Assembly (NCBI GenBank): GCA_030390025.1
Contig: JASTWF010000093.1
Location: 930,001-994,000, forward strand
Reading direction: 5' to 3'
DNA length: 64,000 nucleotides
Origin: Squalus acanthias
Taxonomy: Eukaryota
The notes under the pieces were generated by a model that had not been told where the DNA came from, did not search any database, and saw nothing but the letters and a program-made list of their open reading frames with translations. This document shows, in pieces, positions 46,301 through 60,120 of the stretch; the stretch's first letter is position 1, and the number at the start of each line of letters is the position of its first letter. The translations under genes and the position numbers were made by a program.

Positions 46301-47132
46301 CCCCTTCTAATATCTCTCTTTTTAGGTGTCAGCCTTGCATCAGGTAGGAGAATGTTGTGGGTTCAAGCCCAACTCCAGAGACTTGAGCACAAAAATCTAG
46401 GCTGACACTCCAGCACTGTGCTGAGGGAGTGCTGCACTGTCGGAGGTGCCGCCTTTCAGATGAGACGTTAAACCGAGGCACCGTCTGCTCTCTCAGGTGG
46501 ACGTAAAAGATCCCATGGCACTATTGCGAAGAGCAGGGGAATTCTCCCCAGTGTCCTGATCATTATTATCCTTCAACCAACATCACTTTTAAAAAAAAAA
46601 CACCAGATTATCTGGTCATTATCTAATTACTGTTTGTGGGAGCTTGCTGTTCACAAATTGACTGCCACGTTTCCTGCATTACAACAGTGTAGTACCTCAT
46701 TGGCTGTAAAGCGCTTTGGGGTTGTGAAAGGTGCTGTATAAATACGTGTTTTTTTTGGCTGATTACGCTACTGTGAAGCACCTTGGGATGTTTTTCTACA
46801 TTAAAGGCGCTATATCAATGCACTTTGTTTCTGGTTTAGGCTACTACTGTGTTATCCAACGTTTAAAAATACTTTCACCATACAATTACATTGTTAAATG
46901 TGGTTGTATTTTAAACTGTATTAGCATAGAAGACCAAACCAGCACTGAAACCACTGCCGTAATGATCAATAGTTTTCTTCCTTTCTTCACAGAAATGAAA
47001 ACTGATCACGTTCTTACAAGAAATCGCTGGATGCTTGCAGTCAATGTCCTTGCTATTGCATTTATAATTGTAATTCTAGTCATAGCCGTGTGCAAGAAAC
47101 GTGTTTCACTGGCAAATGGAGAAACAAAATGA
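40293..47132 (+). CDS. B7-family CD276/B7-H3-like protein, copy B, intact, 276 aa (exons 40293-40347, 42577-42927, 45178-45462, 46993-47132)
   Basis: Exon lengths 55+351+285+140 = 831 nt; all GT-AG, phase 1; signal-IgV-IgC-TM. QGYPEA.V.W and RN.VL motifs resemble the CD276 IgC. AATAAA at ~47422. Confidence 0.88.
40700..42290 (-). mobile_element. CR1 LINE fragment (paralogue of 8340-9894)
   Basis: KFADDTK, RPHLEYC, RGDLIETYKI. Confidence 0.92.
42577..42927 (+). CDS. Copy B exon 2 (IgV)
   Basis: cacag|CT CAG TTT...GCA G|gtac; LSC...W...EDAGQYLC. Confidence 0.92.
43518..43955 (+). mobile_element. tRNA-derived V-SINE (HE1-like) with a CR1-type tail
   Basis: A/B-box-like gtggcatagtggttagcact...gggttcgaatc; V-domain-like gtggagtttgcacattctcccc...gggtgctccggtttcctcccacagtccaaa; (tttctatg) tail; atac on both sides. 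Confidence 0.8.
44002..45112. repeat. GC/CpG-rich minisatellite (core gtgccatgccccggggcgcgg), ~30-37 bp units with a 624-bp higher-order period
   Basis: Tandem units are visible; the variant gccacagtgc and its following unit order recur at 44081 and 44705. Confidence 0.95.
45178..45462 (+). CDS. Copy B exon 3 (IgC-like, no cysteines)
   Basis: AYYKEPDFFIQLTPSGTVFRFESQGYPEATVSWY...GLYSLQSILQI...YTFRLRNDVLHQSVSRTFGLSV. Confidence 0.9.
46993..47132 (+). CDS. Copy B exon 4 (TM and tail)
   Basis: ttcacag|AA ATG...; WMLAVNVLAIAFIIVILVIAVC KKR...ETK*. Confidence 0.85.
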
Positions 47133-50100
47133 ACACGGCATTTCGTGATGGATCTTTCAAGAAAATACATGTGATTGGACGCTGCCCCTTCAGCCATGAA
47201 AACCGATATTTACTGTCGCAACCCACTTTTTACTAATGTGGACATTTCCTCTTAACCCTCACTACTAAATTTCAACATGCAGAATAACAAGTGCCATCTG
47301 ATTGATCCCTTTTCTAATTTGTAACTTCCAAACTCTATTTATATAATACAATCGTGTTTTTTGTCCATCTTCTGCTGGACCAGGAGTGGTCATCTTCTGC
47401 TGGACCAGGACAGCTTAATGCAATAAAGCTTTGTATTTAATTCTATTTTCTTCTTTTGTCATTGTCTCCGAAAATTGCTTTAGTTATTTTAGCACCCTGT
47501 CCTCCTTTAGTTTAACACTTGCGCTGTGAATTTCTTCAGGCCTTCTCCCGCTCCCCCGTCATCACTTTGGAAACCCTGTTTTCCTACGTAAACTGACTGC
47601 TGCTGAAGTTAAGGCGGCACTGTGTGTGGGGGGGTGAAAAACCCCAAAGAATTTCCTGGCAATTGTCTGTGAGCTGAGACACTGACTGAGGGTGTTTTGA
47701 GGATCAGTGTTCCACACACAGTAAACACTGGGAGCCAGAAACCACATCCGAGTCTGATTCTTCCCCGTCAGTCTGGGGCACTAAGGGAATTGTAGCACGT
47801 TACTCCAATTAGGAATTGAACCTGGGGCCTTCTTATGTATGGCTGTTATATACTGGCTATGTCAGCTGTACCATCAGATGACCTCAAAGAACCATGCTCG
47901 AACCCATTGCTACTCCCAGATCCTATTTTTGGGTAAAAGTGGGTGGGCTAGGAATGGCATTAGTGCAGAGTACTATTTTAAAAAGATTGCATTGTAACAC
48001 TACACAGAACTGACTTTAAATTAAGAACCTTATAAGTTTAAGGGTGAAATGGCACTCTGATGCACCTATAAGATGCAAACCCCACAGCACTACTAACCCT
48101 ACCCAGACTAAAGTGGTTACTCCATACCGGTTCCCCAGAACCACTACTGGAACCAGCAAAAAGTTCAACTTAAAGTCAAGCTTGTCTCGTCCTCTTCGAT
48201 ACAAGCCACACAAAGGGTGCACTTATTTGGAAATTTGTGAATCTTTGGAATTCTCTACCCCAGAGGGCTGTGGATGCTCAGTCGTTGAGTATAGATTTCT
48301 GGACACTAAAGGAACCAAGGGATATGGGGATCGGGTGGGAATGTGGAGTTGATGTAGAAGATCGGCCGTGATAGTGAATGGCTCGAAGGGCCATGTGGCC
48401 GACTCCTGCTCCTATTTCTTATGTTCTTAAGCTGACAACTTGGGAGGAGACACGAGAACAACGTGGCTCAAAATAAATCACGAGACGAGCGCCTATTCTC
48501 ACAAAAAGGATCCTAAGCAATTGAAGTTACAAACCAGGGAGAGCCGATGGGAGAAGTTTATGAAAGAACAGAAGGAGAGAAAAAACCATGTGATGGGAGC
48601 AAGGGGGGGACTGGTCATGGTGTGAAAGAAACCAATGCCCTGCACTGCCCACTCTACTACTTTCCTGTCATGGTTCCACTTTCTTGTGTGTTGTGGTTGA
48701 ATATTCCCATTTTTTTTAAACTCTAGCTTTTCCCTCTGTTTTTGGCACTGTCCACTCCAAGCTTTGGTTCATGGAATTTCAACCTTGAAACTGAATACAT
48801 TTTGCAGTTAAATCTGTCTCCTGAAGCAGCACAGACTGAGGCCAACATACAATCATATCCTCACGCAGCGATGAATATAATTCTTCAAATCCTCTGGGTG
48901 GGAGGAGTCTCGCATGGAGCATAAAAGCCGGCATAGAGCAGTTGGGCCGAATGGCCTGTTTCTGTGCTGTAGACTCGATGTAACTCCATGAATCCCAATT
49001 TCTAACAATACATGGTGTAGAACTCACAGCAGCTAATCATGGAAAAGAAAAACACTGGGATCCCCACTGCCAACATTTTCAGTCACAGATCAGCCATGAT
49101 CTCATTGAATGGCGGAACAGGCTCGAGGGGCTGAATGGCCTCCTCCTGTTCCTATGTTCCACACAGTAAAGAGGCAATCTGCTCACACTTCCTGTCCGTG
49201 CTGTTTTGTAAATGACCAGCAGGTGGCGGTTGAGACCAGTCCAGGGTGACTTGCCCTCTTGCTTTCCATCTGTGCCTGGGGAGCTGTTAAGTGTTCGTTC
49301 ATGGCTTAAAAATTCGTCATGAAAGAAAAGCAGGACTTACTCAGCAGGTCAGGCAACATCTGTGGAGAAACAGAAGTCAGTCAGTCGCAAATTTAAGGTT
49401 GACAGCAGGTTATACCTATCAGGAAAGGATGAACAGGCTGGGTCTCTTTTCTCTTGAAAAGAGAAGGCTGAGGGGTGACCTAATAGAGGTCTTTAAAATT
49501 ATGAAAGATTTTGATAGAGTAGACACACAAAGAGTGTTTCCACTTGTGGGGAAGAGTAAAAAGAGAAAGAGCTGCAAATGCTGGAAATCTGAAACAAATT
49601 CAGAAAAACACATGGCAGGTCCATCAACATCTGTAAAGGGTTTACACTCTGCCTCAGAACTGAAGATTGGACTCTGAGTGATGAACTAGACAGCTGTTGG
49701 CACCTGTGCACCACACAACACTTGAGTTACAAACTTCAGGAGAGGAGAAAATTGGAGGTAAAATACCAATAAAAGTGTCCCTTTTAGATTGTGGGCAGAA
49801 GAGAAGGCTGAAGTGCGTGAGGAGTTCGACAGGTTTGAGGCCTGGGGAAAGAATTAGTGTCGGAAAACAGTGAAACCAATCTTGATTTCAACACAATGGA
49901 GGTGCCGGGAGGAGTAGGAGTTTGCACGACAGTGAATTTGCAGTTAATAAGGAACAAGAGAGGTAAATTCGGGGAAGCACTGACCATAGCAGTATTGATA
50001 AAATAGAAGCAAGAAAGACTGCAGTAGAAAGAGAGGTTGGACACTATAGGTGAGGGGGATTTTTTTTTAATTCATTCACAGGATGTGGGCATCACCTGCA

Positions 50101-51696
50101 AGGCCAGCATTTATTGCCCATCTCTAACTGCCCTAGAGAAGTTGGTGGGCCATCATTTCAGAGGGCAGTTAAGAGTCAATGACAGTGCTGTGGGTCACAT
50201 TATCGGCCAAACCAGCAGATTTCCTTCCCTAAAGGACATTAGTGAGCCAGATGGGTTTTTATGACAATCTAGTAGTTTCACAGTCACCATTACTGACACT
50301 AGCTTTTTATTCCAGATTTGTTTTATTAACTGAATTTAAATTCCGCAGCTGCCATGGTGGGATTTGAATATAGTTTGACGCTGAATCATTAGTCCAAGCC
50401 TACTGGATTACTAGTCCAGTAACATAACCACTATGCCACGATACCCTATTAGACAACAAGCTTTTAGCTTTTTCCTGTCTGGAACGTGAGGAGGGTGTCG
50501 GAAGGGAATGCGATTACAATTTTCTTGCATGCAGCACACCAAGGAATCCTTCCCCTATATTGCTTATCACATGATGATTATGAATGAGGAAGGCCAATCA
50601 GCCCATCTTAATTCACCCATTCAGAGAGATCCTAATGTCTTCCCTGTTATGAGGTGTGCATAGGAAATGGCTAAGTTAGGATACCTCGACCTGAGGAGAA
50701 AGCATTGAGTGAATGCCTTGAGAATTGCTCGGGTTACTGTGGGTCAACCTAGTTTAGGGATAATGGAAAAGTACAACAATGAGCTCATGACGGCCATGTA
50801 AGAAAACAAGCAAAAGACGCCTCGGGAACAGTGAACTGGGACCGTCTGCTACAGATAAGGTTAGAACAAGGGAGGAAAAGACTGCAGTTGAAAGGGAAAT
50901 ACAAAGATGGAACTAACAGAACTCAGTTCAGCTATCCTTGTTTGCTAATCTGTATAAATGTGTGATTTGTAACACAAGTTGAGTCACAGCGCTGCAAACG
51001 ACATGAGGGGTATTGTTTATATGTCCTCAATGGGCCTCCTACTTGTGAGCATATAGATATATATCACTTACTTGTAGTCTCAGTGCCCGGCAAATGTCAA
51101 TAAACATCTGTCATTGTGTCACTGACTCATGGGTCCTTGAATCTGTTAAATACGGTTCATACAACACTCCCATTGTAACATCCAATTGTTTAGTGATTCT
51201 AGGTTTTTTGCCTCCACTTTCTCTGGAAGTTTATTCCACATGTTGATCACTGTGTGAAGATGAATTTCCTGATACCTGTCCTAAAACTACCTTTTACTAG
51301 CCTGAACCTGTGTCCTCTAGATCTACTTCGGCAACTTAATTTAAAGTCACATTCTGGGTTAACTTTTTCTATACCTGTAGCAATCTATATGCCTCTATAA
51401 GATCATCTTTCAGCTGCCTCTTTCTCGGTGGGGAAAAAACCCAGTCTTTCCCCTCAGTTCAGAGCCCTGACACCTGAGAATCAGTCTTGTGGCTCTTCTC
51501 TGCACCACCTTCAGCATTTGGCTGTCTCTTGCTTCTGGGTGACCAGAATGGGATGCAGTATTCAAGGTTTGGGTGAACAAAGGCACTATAAATTTTTATT
51601 ATATTCTACCATTTTTGGGCTGTATAATTCAACATTGTGTCGGCTTTGCTGCTAACCGCTCTGCCTTGGTTGGCCATACTTATCGTAGAGTCTAGC

Positions 51697-54108
51697 CACC
51701 ACGGGATACACTCACTGGAAGGAGACACCGCGGGACACTCTCACTGGGAGGAGACACCGCGGGACACATTCACTGGGAGGAGACACCGCGGGACACACTC
51801 ACTTGAAGGAGACACCGCGGGACACACTCACTGGAAGGAAACACCGCGGGACACACTCACTGGAAGGAGACACCGCAGGACACACTCACTAGAGGGAGAC
51901 ACCGCGGGACACACTCACTGGAAGGAGACACCGCGGGACACACTCACTGGAAGGAGACACCGCGGGACACACTCACTGGAAGGAGACACCGCGGGACACA
52001 CTCACTGGAAGGAACCACCACGGGACACACTCACTGGAAGGAGACACCGCGGGACACACTCACTGGAAGGAGACACAGCGGGACACACTCACTGGAAGGA
52101 GACACCGCGGGACACACTCACTGGAAGGAGACACCGCGGGACACACTCACTGGAAGGAGACACCGCGGGACACACTCACTGGAAGGAGACACCGCGGGAC
52201 ACACTCACTGGAAGGAGACACACCGCGGGACACACTCACTGGAAGGAGACACCGCGGGACACACTCACTGGAAGGAGACACCGCGGAACACACTCACTGG
52301 AAGGAGACACCGCGGGACACAGTCACCGGAAGGAAACACCGCGGGACACACTCACTGGAAGGAGACACCGCGGGACACACTCACTGGAAGGAGACACCGC
52401 AGGACACACTCACTGGAAGGAGACACCGCGGGACACACTCACTGGAAGGAAACACCGCGGGACACACTCACTGGAAGGAGACACCGAGGGACACACTCAC
52501 TGGAAGGAAACACCGCGGGACACACTCACTGGAGACACCGCGGGACACACTCACTGGAAGGAGACACCGCGGGACACACTCACTGGAAGGAGACACCGCG
52601 GGACACACTCACTGGAAGGAGACACCGCGGGACACACTCACTGGAAGGAGACACCGCGGGACACACTCACTAGAGGGAGACACCGCGGGACACACTCACT
52701 GGAAGGAGACACCGCGGGACACACTCACTGGAAGGAGACACCGCGGGACACACTCACTGGAAGGAGACACCGCGGGACACACTCACTGGAAGGAACCACC
52801 ACGGGACACACTCACTGGAAGGAGACACCGCGGGACACACTCACTGGAAGGAGACACAGCGGGACACACTCACTGGAAAGAGACACCGCGGGACACACTC
52901 ACTGGAAGGAAACACCGCGGGACACACTCACTGGAAGGAGACACCGCGGGACACACTCACTGGAAGGAAACACCACGGGACACACTCACTGGAGACACCG
53001 CGGGACACACTCACTGGAAGGAGACACCGCGGGACACACTCACTGGAAGGAGACACCGCGGGACACACTCACTGGAAGGAGACACCGCGGGACACACTCA
53101 CTGGAAGGAGACACCGCGGGACACACTCACTGGAAGGAAACACCGCGGGACACACTCACTGGAAGGAGACACCGCGGGACACACTCACTGGAAGGAGACA
53201 CCGCGGAACACACTCACTGGAAGGAAACACCGCGGGACACACTCACTGGAGACACCACGGGACACACTCACTGGAAGGAGACACCGCGGGACACACTCAC
53301 TGGAAGGAGACACCGCGGGACACACTCACTGGAAGGAGACACCGCGGGACACACTCACTGGAAGGAGACACCGCGGGACACACTCACTGGAAGGAGACAC
53401 CGCGGGACACACTCACTGGAAGGAAACACCGCGGGACACACTCACTGGAGACACCACGGGACACACTCACTGGAAGGAGACACCGCGGGACACACTCACT
53501 GGAAGGAGACACCGCGGGACACACTCACTGGAAGGAGACACCGCGGGACACACTCACTGGAGACACCGCGGGACACACTCACTGGAAGGAGACACCGCGG
53601 GACACACTCACTGGAAGGAGACACCGCGGGACACACTCACTGGAAGGAGACACCGCGGGACACACTCACTGGAAGGAGACACCGCGGGACACACTCACTG
53701 GAAGGAGACACCGCGGGACACACTCACTGGAAGGAACACCGCGGGACACACTCACTGGAAGGAGACACCGCGGGACACACTCACTGGAAGGAGACACCGC
53801 GGGACACACTCACTGGAGAGACACCGCGGGACACACTCACTGGAAGGAGACACCGCGGGACACACTCACTGGAGACACCGCGGGACACACTCACTGGAAG
53901 GAGACACCGCGGGACACACTCACTGGAAGGAGACACCGCGGGACACACTCACTGGAGACACCGCGGGACCCACTCACTGGAAGGAGACACCGCGGGACAC
54001 ACTCACCGGAAGGAGACACCGCGGGACACACTCACTGGAAGGAGACACTCCGCGGGACACACTCACTGGAAGGAGACACTCCGCGGGACACACTCACTGG
54101 AAGGAGAC
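51697..54108. repeat. 29-bp minisatellite (acaccgcgggacacactcactggaaggag), roughly 80 copies
   Basis: Direct tandem repeats; the 29-aa period in translation equals 3 units. Confidence 0.97.
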
Positions 54109-54119
54109 ATGCTATAATG

Positions 54120-54598
54120 AGGTCGGGACCCAAGAGCGAGGTCGAGGCCCAGGTGTGAGGACGGGGCCCAGGAGCGAGGACAAGGCCCAGAGGCGAGGTC
54201 GAGGCCCAGGAGTGGTGCAGCGTGGACCAGAAGCGGGGTCGGGAGAACCACACTGCAGCCTATGAAACCCAGGCAGGGAGGACCTGTGGGAAGGAGGGAG
54301 GTGGACAGTAGGAGTATGTTTGTGTGTGTGCTAGGCCGATGTAGCAGAGCCTGGTCTCCAATCGTCTTGGATCCCCTTGCCATTGGACCAAGACCTTGCT
54401 CTGTCAAGCCCGTGTGTTGGTGGTGTGCAATGACCACCCCACGTTAAAACAATTCATGCACAGGCATCTTCCACCCTTTAAAATGAAGTTCGGGACCTGG
54501 AACGTCAGGACCCTCGTGGACAACCCCAACAGCGACAGACCAGAACGCCGTACTGCTATCGTTATCTGGGAGCTCAGATGTTTCGACATAGACATCAC
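54120..54598 (+). mobile_element. RTE element 5' fragment (UTR and start of the endonuclease)
   Basis: Homologous to 56606-57020; MKFGTWNVRTL. Confidence 0.85.
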
Positions 54599-56605
54599 AA
54601 CCTGCTGTCAATCATTTCGATTTTGACAGCGGACCCGCCTCCGAACCTGCACTCTGAGTGCCGGCAAAATCGCGGCCATTAATTCAGTTCCAACTTAGTT
54701 ACTATAAATCACCCAATAGTGAAGCCCCATAATATTACAGAAGGGTGTGGCTTGTGCAATTCTCAAACTTTAAAAATGCTTTTTGTAAACATTAATTTGA
54801 TCAGATAGCCTCTATTTATGAGTTTCCTTTTAAAGGAAGGGATATTTTCCAATATTCTGGGAAGAAAAATATTCTTCTAAGTGACACTGATGGCGCTGGG
54901 TACAAGTGTGTATATCGAGCTGAATCATTAAACCAGTACTGAAACAATGTGATCCTTCCCAGCCTCAACTTTAACTTCTAATTTATTACCAGCTTATTCA
55001 AGGTCACTTTTTTTAAAGTCAAATTGTTAATTTAAAATGTGTTGGCAAAGAAACTCAAACTAGCACTGAAAGCATTGCCATAACTAATTTTCATTTTTTT
55101 TAACAGGAATTGAAACTGACTTTACAAAAAACCAACGGATGCTTAGAATTTTTCTTCCGATATCTGAATTTATAATCATATTAATTCTAGCTGTAGCAAT
55201 GTACAAGGAACAGTTCTTACCATATATTTCAATGCAATTTACGTCATAGCATTGTGCAATCACCTATAATCTCTTCTCCTCAGGGCAACTGCCTATTTAT
55301 GTCCTGCACACGCCCATCTGTCCCTTTCTACGGATGGAGCGTTCTCAAGACAAGACACATCCCACTGGGCTTTGGCATTGGGAGAGTTTATCATCACTCC
55401 AGAGGCCATACATAATTGAAAGAAGAAAGAAAGAAAGACTTGCATTTCTATGGCGCCTTTCACGACCACCGGACGTCTCAAAGCACTTTACAGCCAATGC
55501 AGTACTTTTTGAAGTGGAGTCACTGTTGTAATGTGAGAAAATGCGGCAGCCATTTTGCGCACAGCAAGCTCCCACGAAGAGCAATGTGATTATGACCAGA
55601 TAATCTGTTTTTGTTATGTGGCTTGAGGGATAAATATTGGCCTGGACACCGGGGAGATCAATGTTCGCTCTAAGTTGCGCGGCTGTGCAGCGCTTCAGGG
55701 GTGAGCCGGCTTTTTAATTGAAAGAAAATGCGCATGCGCAGACTTTTGAATGGGCCGCGTGGCCCATACCTTGTAAACGTTGCGATTCCATGTAGCCAAC
55801 AGCTGGTGTGCGAGAAGTTCCAGGAGGCCACCTCAAGCAGGAAGAGATAAAACCTAGGGCGGGCAAGAGCGGAAATAGTAACTCACTGAAATTGTAGTTA
55901 ATTCCACAACAACTTCCATTTTTGTAGCACCTGCCTAATTTTCTGTGTCCTCCCTCCCAAGTACTGCTGCAAAAACAGCGAAGGAACTCCTGTGCGTGGT
56001 GTTCTGCGCTCTTTGCTGGATCATTCACTCTGCTGGCTAAATGTGAAATCCTGGGAACAGACTGACTCGTCTTTCTGTAGTGGGGGTGGGGGAGTTCCTG
56101 CATATCCTTAAAATGTAAAAATGAAACAGTCGCTGAGTAAAACTTTAAAAGATGGAAATGGGTAATTTGAGGGAAATTCACTGAAAACACTCCATGAGCA
56201 GCTGGACTTCAAGTTAACACAGTGATTAAAAGAAAAGTAACTGTACCTTTTGTGCAAGTGTATTTGTTTTTCCATTTTAACATGCTTACATAAACAACAA
56301 CTTATTATACAGCGCCTTTAACATAGTAAAACGTCAAAAGGCGCTTCGGAGGAGCATTAGCAAAGTAAATTTGACACCGAGCCACATGAGATATTACGAC
56401 AGGAGCTTGGTCACAGAGGTAGGTTTTAAGGAGCATCCTCAAGGAGGAAAGAGTGGTAGAGAGGTGGAGGGGTTTAGGGAGGGAATTCCAGAGCTTAGGT
56501 CCTTGGCAGCTGAAGGCACGGCCGCCAATGGTGGAGCGATTAAAATCAGGGATGCGCAAGAGGCCAGACTTGGAGGAGCGCAGAGATCTCGCGGGTGGTT
56601 GTAGG

Positions 56606-59600
56606 GCGAGGACGAGGCCCAGGGCGAGGTCGAGGCCCAGGAGTGGCACAGCATGGACCAGCAGCGGGGTCGGGAGGACCACACTGCAGCCTATGAAACA
56701 CAGGCAGAGAGGACCTGAGGGAGGAGGACAGTAGGAGTATGTTTGTGTCTGTGTGCTAGGCCGATGTAGCAGAGCCTGGTCTCCAGTCGTCTTGGATCCC
56801 CTTGCCATTGGACCAAGACCTTGCTCTGTCAAGCCCGTGTGGTAGCTGGTGTGCAACAGCCACCCCATGTTAAAAGAATTCACGCACAGGCATCTTCCAC
56901 CCTTTAAAATGAAGTTCGGGACCTGGAACGTCAGGACCCTCATGGACAACCGCAAAAGCGACAGACCGGAACGCCGTACTGCTATCGTTGCCCGGGAGCT
57001 CAGACGTTTCGACATTGACATCGCTGCCCTGAGCGAGACCTGGTGAGCAGGGGAAGGCCAGCTCAAGGAGCAAGGCGGTGGTTACACCTTCTTCTGGAAA
57101 GGCAAACCTGAAGAAGAACACTGCCTCCATGGGGTAGGCTTTGCTATAAAAAATGAGCTAGTTGAACGTCTCAGAGACTCCCCTTGTGGAATAAACGAAC
57201 GCCTCATGACTCTACGGCTCACCATAGCTCAGAACCAGTGCGCTACGGTCATCAGTGCGTATGCCCCAATGCTGGAAGCCACAGACGAGACCAAAGAGGA
57301 ATTCTACTCCAGCCTCGAACAATCCCTGTCCCAAGTCCGAATGGGCGACAAGCTGATCCTCCTTGGCGACTTCAACGCCAGAGTTGGAAAGGACACAGAC
57401 CTCTGGGGAGGTGTGATCGGCAGAGAGGGGGTAGGGAAAGCCAACTCCAATGGTACCCTCCTGTCGAAATGCTTAGAATATGGCCTTGTCATAACCAACA
57501 CCTTATTCCGTCAGAGAGACAGGTACAAGGCTTCATGGCAACACCCTCGCTCCAAGCACTGGCATCTGCTGGACTACGTCATCGTCCGAGCGAGGGACCG
57601 CAAGGACGTCCGCATCACCCGCGCCATGACAGGAGCTGACGACTGCTGGACAGACCACCGCCTAATCCACTCTGTCATCTCCATCAACGTAGCCCCAAAA
57701 CAGCGGCGGCAACAGAAGCAATGCCGCAGGAAATTCAACGCTGGAGCACTCAAAGACCCCGATAAGAAAGTCCTATTCAGCCTGCGCCTCACAACCAACC
57801 TGACGACTCCCAGTGATTCAGAGACACAGAGTGTCCACAGCACCTGGTCTGCACTCAAGGCCTCCATAATCAGCACCTGTGAAGAGACGCTCGGTCACTC
57901 GACCAGGAAACACCAAGACTGGTTCGACGAGAACAACCAGGAGCTAAAAAGTCGCAAGCGCAAGGCATTCCTGATCTGGAAACAGCAACAGAACTCGAGA
58001 GAAAGAAAGCAGCTCTACAGACGCATGAAGGCTGAGGTCCAACAAAAAACTCGCGACCTAAAGAACAGATGGTGGGTGGAGAAAGCGCAGGAGAACCAGC
58101 AGCTAGCTGACAACCACGACATGCGTGGATTCTTTAGCGCAGTCAAGACCACCTATGGCCCAAGCACCCAAGGTCCTACCCCACTCCGGGCAAAGAACGG
58201 AGAGGAACTCATCAAGGACAGAGAGCCAGTCAGTGCCCGCTGGAAGGAGCACTTCGAAGATCTCCTTAACCAAGACTCTGTCTTCGACGTGAGTGTCCTC
58301 AACTCCATCCCGCAGCATGCTACCCGCCACCATCTCAGCACAACCCCAGCCCGGCATGAGGTTGAAAAGGCCATCCGACAACTGAAGAACAACAAGGCCT
58401 CAGGAGCAGATGGAATCCCCGCCGAGGCGCTAAAACATGGCGGAGAAGCACTATTGGTGTGAATACATGAACTCATTTCTCTTATTTGGAAGGAGGAGAG
58501 CATGCCAGGGGATCTCAGAGATGCCGTAATCGTGACCATCTTCAAGAAAGGTGACAAGTCCGATTGCGGTAATTACAGAGGCGTCTCCCTGCTGTCTGCC
58601 ACAGGGAAAGTTATCGCAAGAATCCTCCTGAATCGCCTTCTCCCAGTAGCTTAAGAGCTCCTGCCAGAGTCGCAATGCGGATTCCGCCCACTTAGGGGCA
58701 CAATGGACATGATTGTCACCGCGCGTCAACTGCAAGAGAAATGCAGGGAACAGCACCAACCGCTGTACATGGCCTTCTTTGACCTCACAAAGGCCTTCGA
58801 CACCGTCAACCGTGAGGGATTATGGAGTGTCCTCCTCAAATTCGGCTGCCCTCAAAAGTTTGTTACCATCCTCCGCCTGCTTCACGGCGACATGCAAGTC
58901 GTGATCCTGACCAACGGATCCACCACAGACCCAATTCATGTACGGACCGGGGTCAAGCAAGGCTGTGTCATCGCACCAACGCTCTTCTCGATCTTCCTGG
59001 CTGCAATGCTCCATCTCACCCTCAGTAAGCACCCCGCTGGAGTGGAGCTAATCAACAGAACAAACGGGAAACTGTTCAACCTCCGTCGCCTCCAGTCCAG
59101 ATCCAAGGTCGTCCCATCCTCTGTCATCGAATTACAGTATGCAGACGACACCTGCGTCTGCGCACACTCTCAGGCCAAACTCCAATCCATCGGCAACACC
59201 TTCACCAAAGCATACGACAGCATGGGCCTTACACTAAACATCCGTAAGGCAAAGGTCCTCTACCAACCTGCCCCCGCCACACAGTACTGCTCCCCGATTA
59301 TCAAAATCCATGATGAGGCCTTGGACAAGGTGGACCACTTTCCATACCTCGGGAGCCTACTATCAACAAGGGCAGACGTCGACGACGAAGTCCAACACTG
59401 CCTTCAGTGTGCCAGTGCAGCCTTCGGTCGCCTGAGGAAGAGAGTGTTTGAAGACCAGGACCTCAAACCCAGCACCAAGCTCATGGTGTACAGAGCAGTA
59501 GTGATACCCGCCCTCCTGCATGTTTCAGAGACATGGACTATGTACAGCAGGCACCTCAAAGCATTGGAGAGGTACCACCAACGATGCCTCCGCAAGATCC

Positions 59601-60120
59601 TGCAAATCCATTGGCAGGATAGGCGCAACAACGTCAGTGTTCTCGCTCAGGCCAACATCCCCAGCATCGAAGCTTTGACCACGCTCGATCAGCTCCGATG
59701 GACGGGCCACATCATCTGCATGCCCGATACGAGACTCCCAAAACAAGCGCTCTACTCGGAGCTCCGACACGGCAAGAGAGCCCCAGGTGGGCAGCGGAAA
59801 CGCTTCAAGGACACCCTCAAAGCCTCCTTGAAAAAGTACAACATCCCCACCGACACCTGGGAATCCCTGGCCCAAGACCGCACAAAGTGGAGGAGAAGCA
59901 TCCGGGAAGGCGCCGAACACCTTGAGTCTCTTCGCCGGGAGCAAGCGGAAGCCAAGCGCAAACAGCGGAAGGAGCGAACCTCAACCCAAGCACCCCACCC
60001 ACCCGCCCCTTCAACCACCGTCTGCCCCACCTGTGGCAGAGACTGTAGGTCCCGCATTGAACTCATTTTTAGTGTGGAAGCAAGTCATCCTCGGTTCCGA
60101 GGGACTGCCTAAGAAGAAGA
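56606..60120 (+). mobile_element. Near full-length RTE-clade (BovB-like) LINE with disabling mutations
   Basis: GTWNVRTL, ALSET, SAYAP, LGDFNAR, TDH; FDLTKAFD, GVKQGCVIAP, YADD; stops at 57044, 58460 and 58652; (aag)n tail. Confidence 0.92.

Larger units (their letters stand above)
35935..50707. repeat. Right arm of the inverted segmental duplication
   Basis: Mirror-image ORFs (7570-8085 vs 42543-43055; 8295-8705 vs 41923-42333; 33030-33230 vs 36001-36201) and nucleotide-level reverse complementarity. Confidence 0.95.

Noticed and set aside
51697-54108. Possible CRISPR-like array
   Set aside because: Head-to-tail repeats without unique spacers, no cas genes, eukaryotic context.
51637-54117. 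826-aa ORF with a hydrophobic N-terminus
   Set aside because: Translation of a stop-free 29-bp minisatellite; GTG start, and unit indels shift the frame freely.
55659-56300. Possible hAT-like DNA transposon remnant (caatgttcgctctaag end) interrupting a SINE
   Set aside because: No matching second TIR, TSD or convincing transposase motif found.
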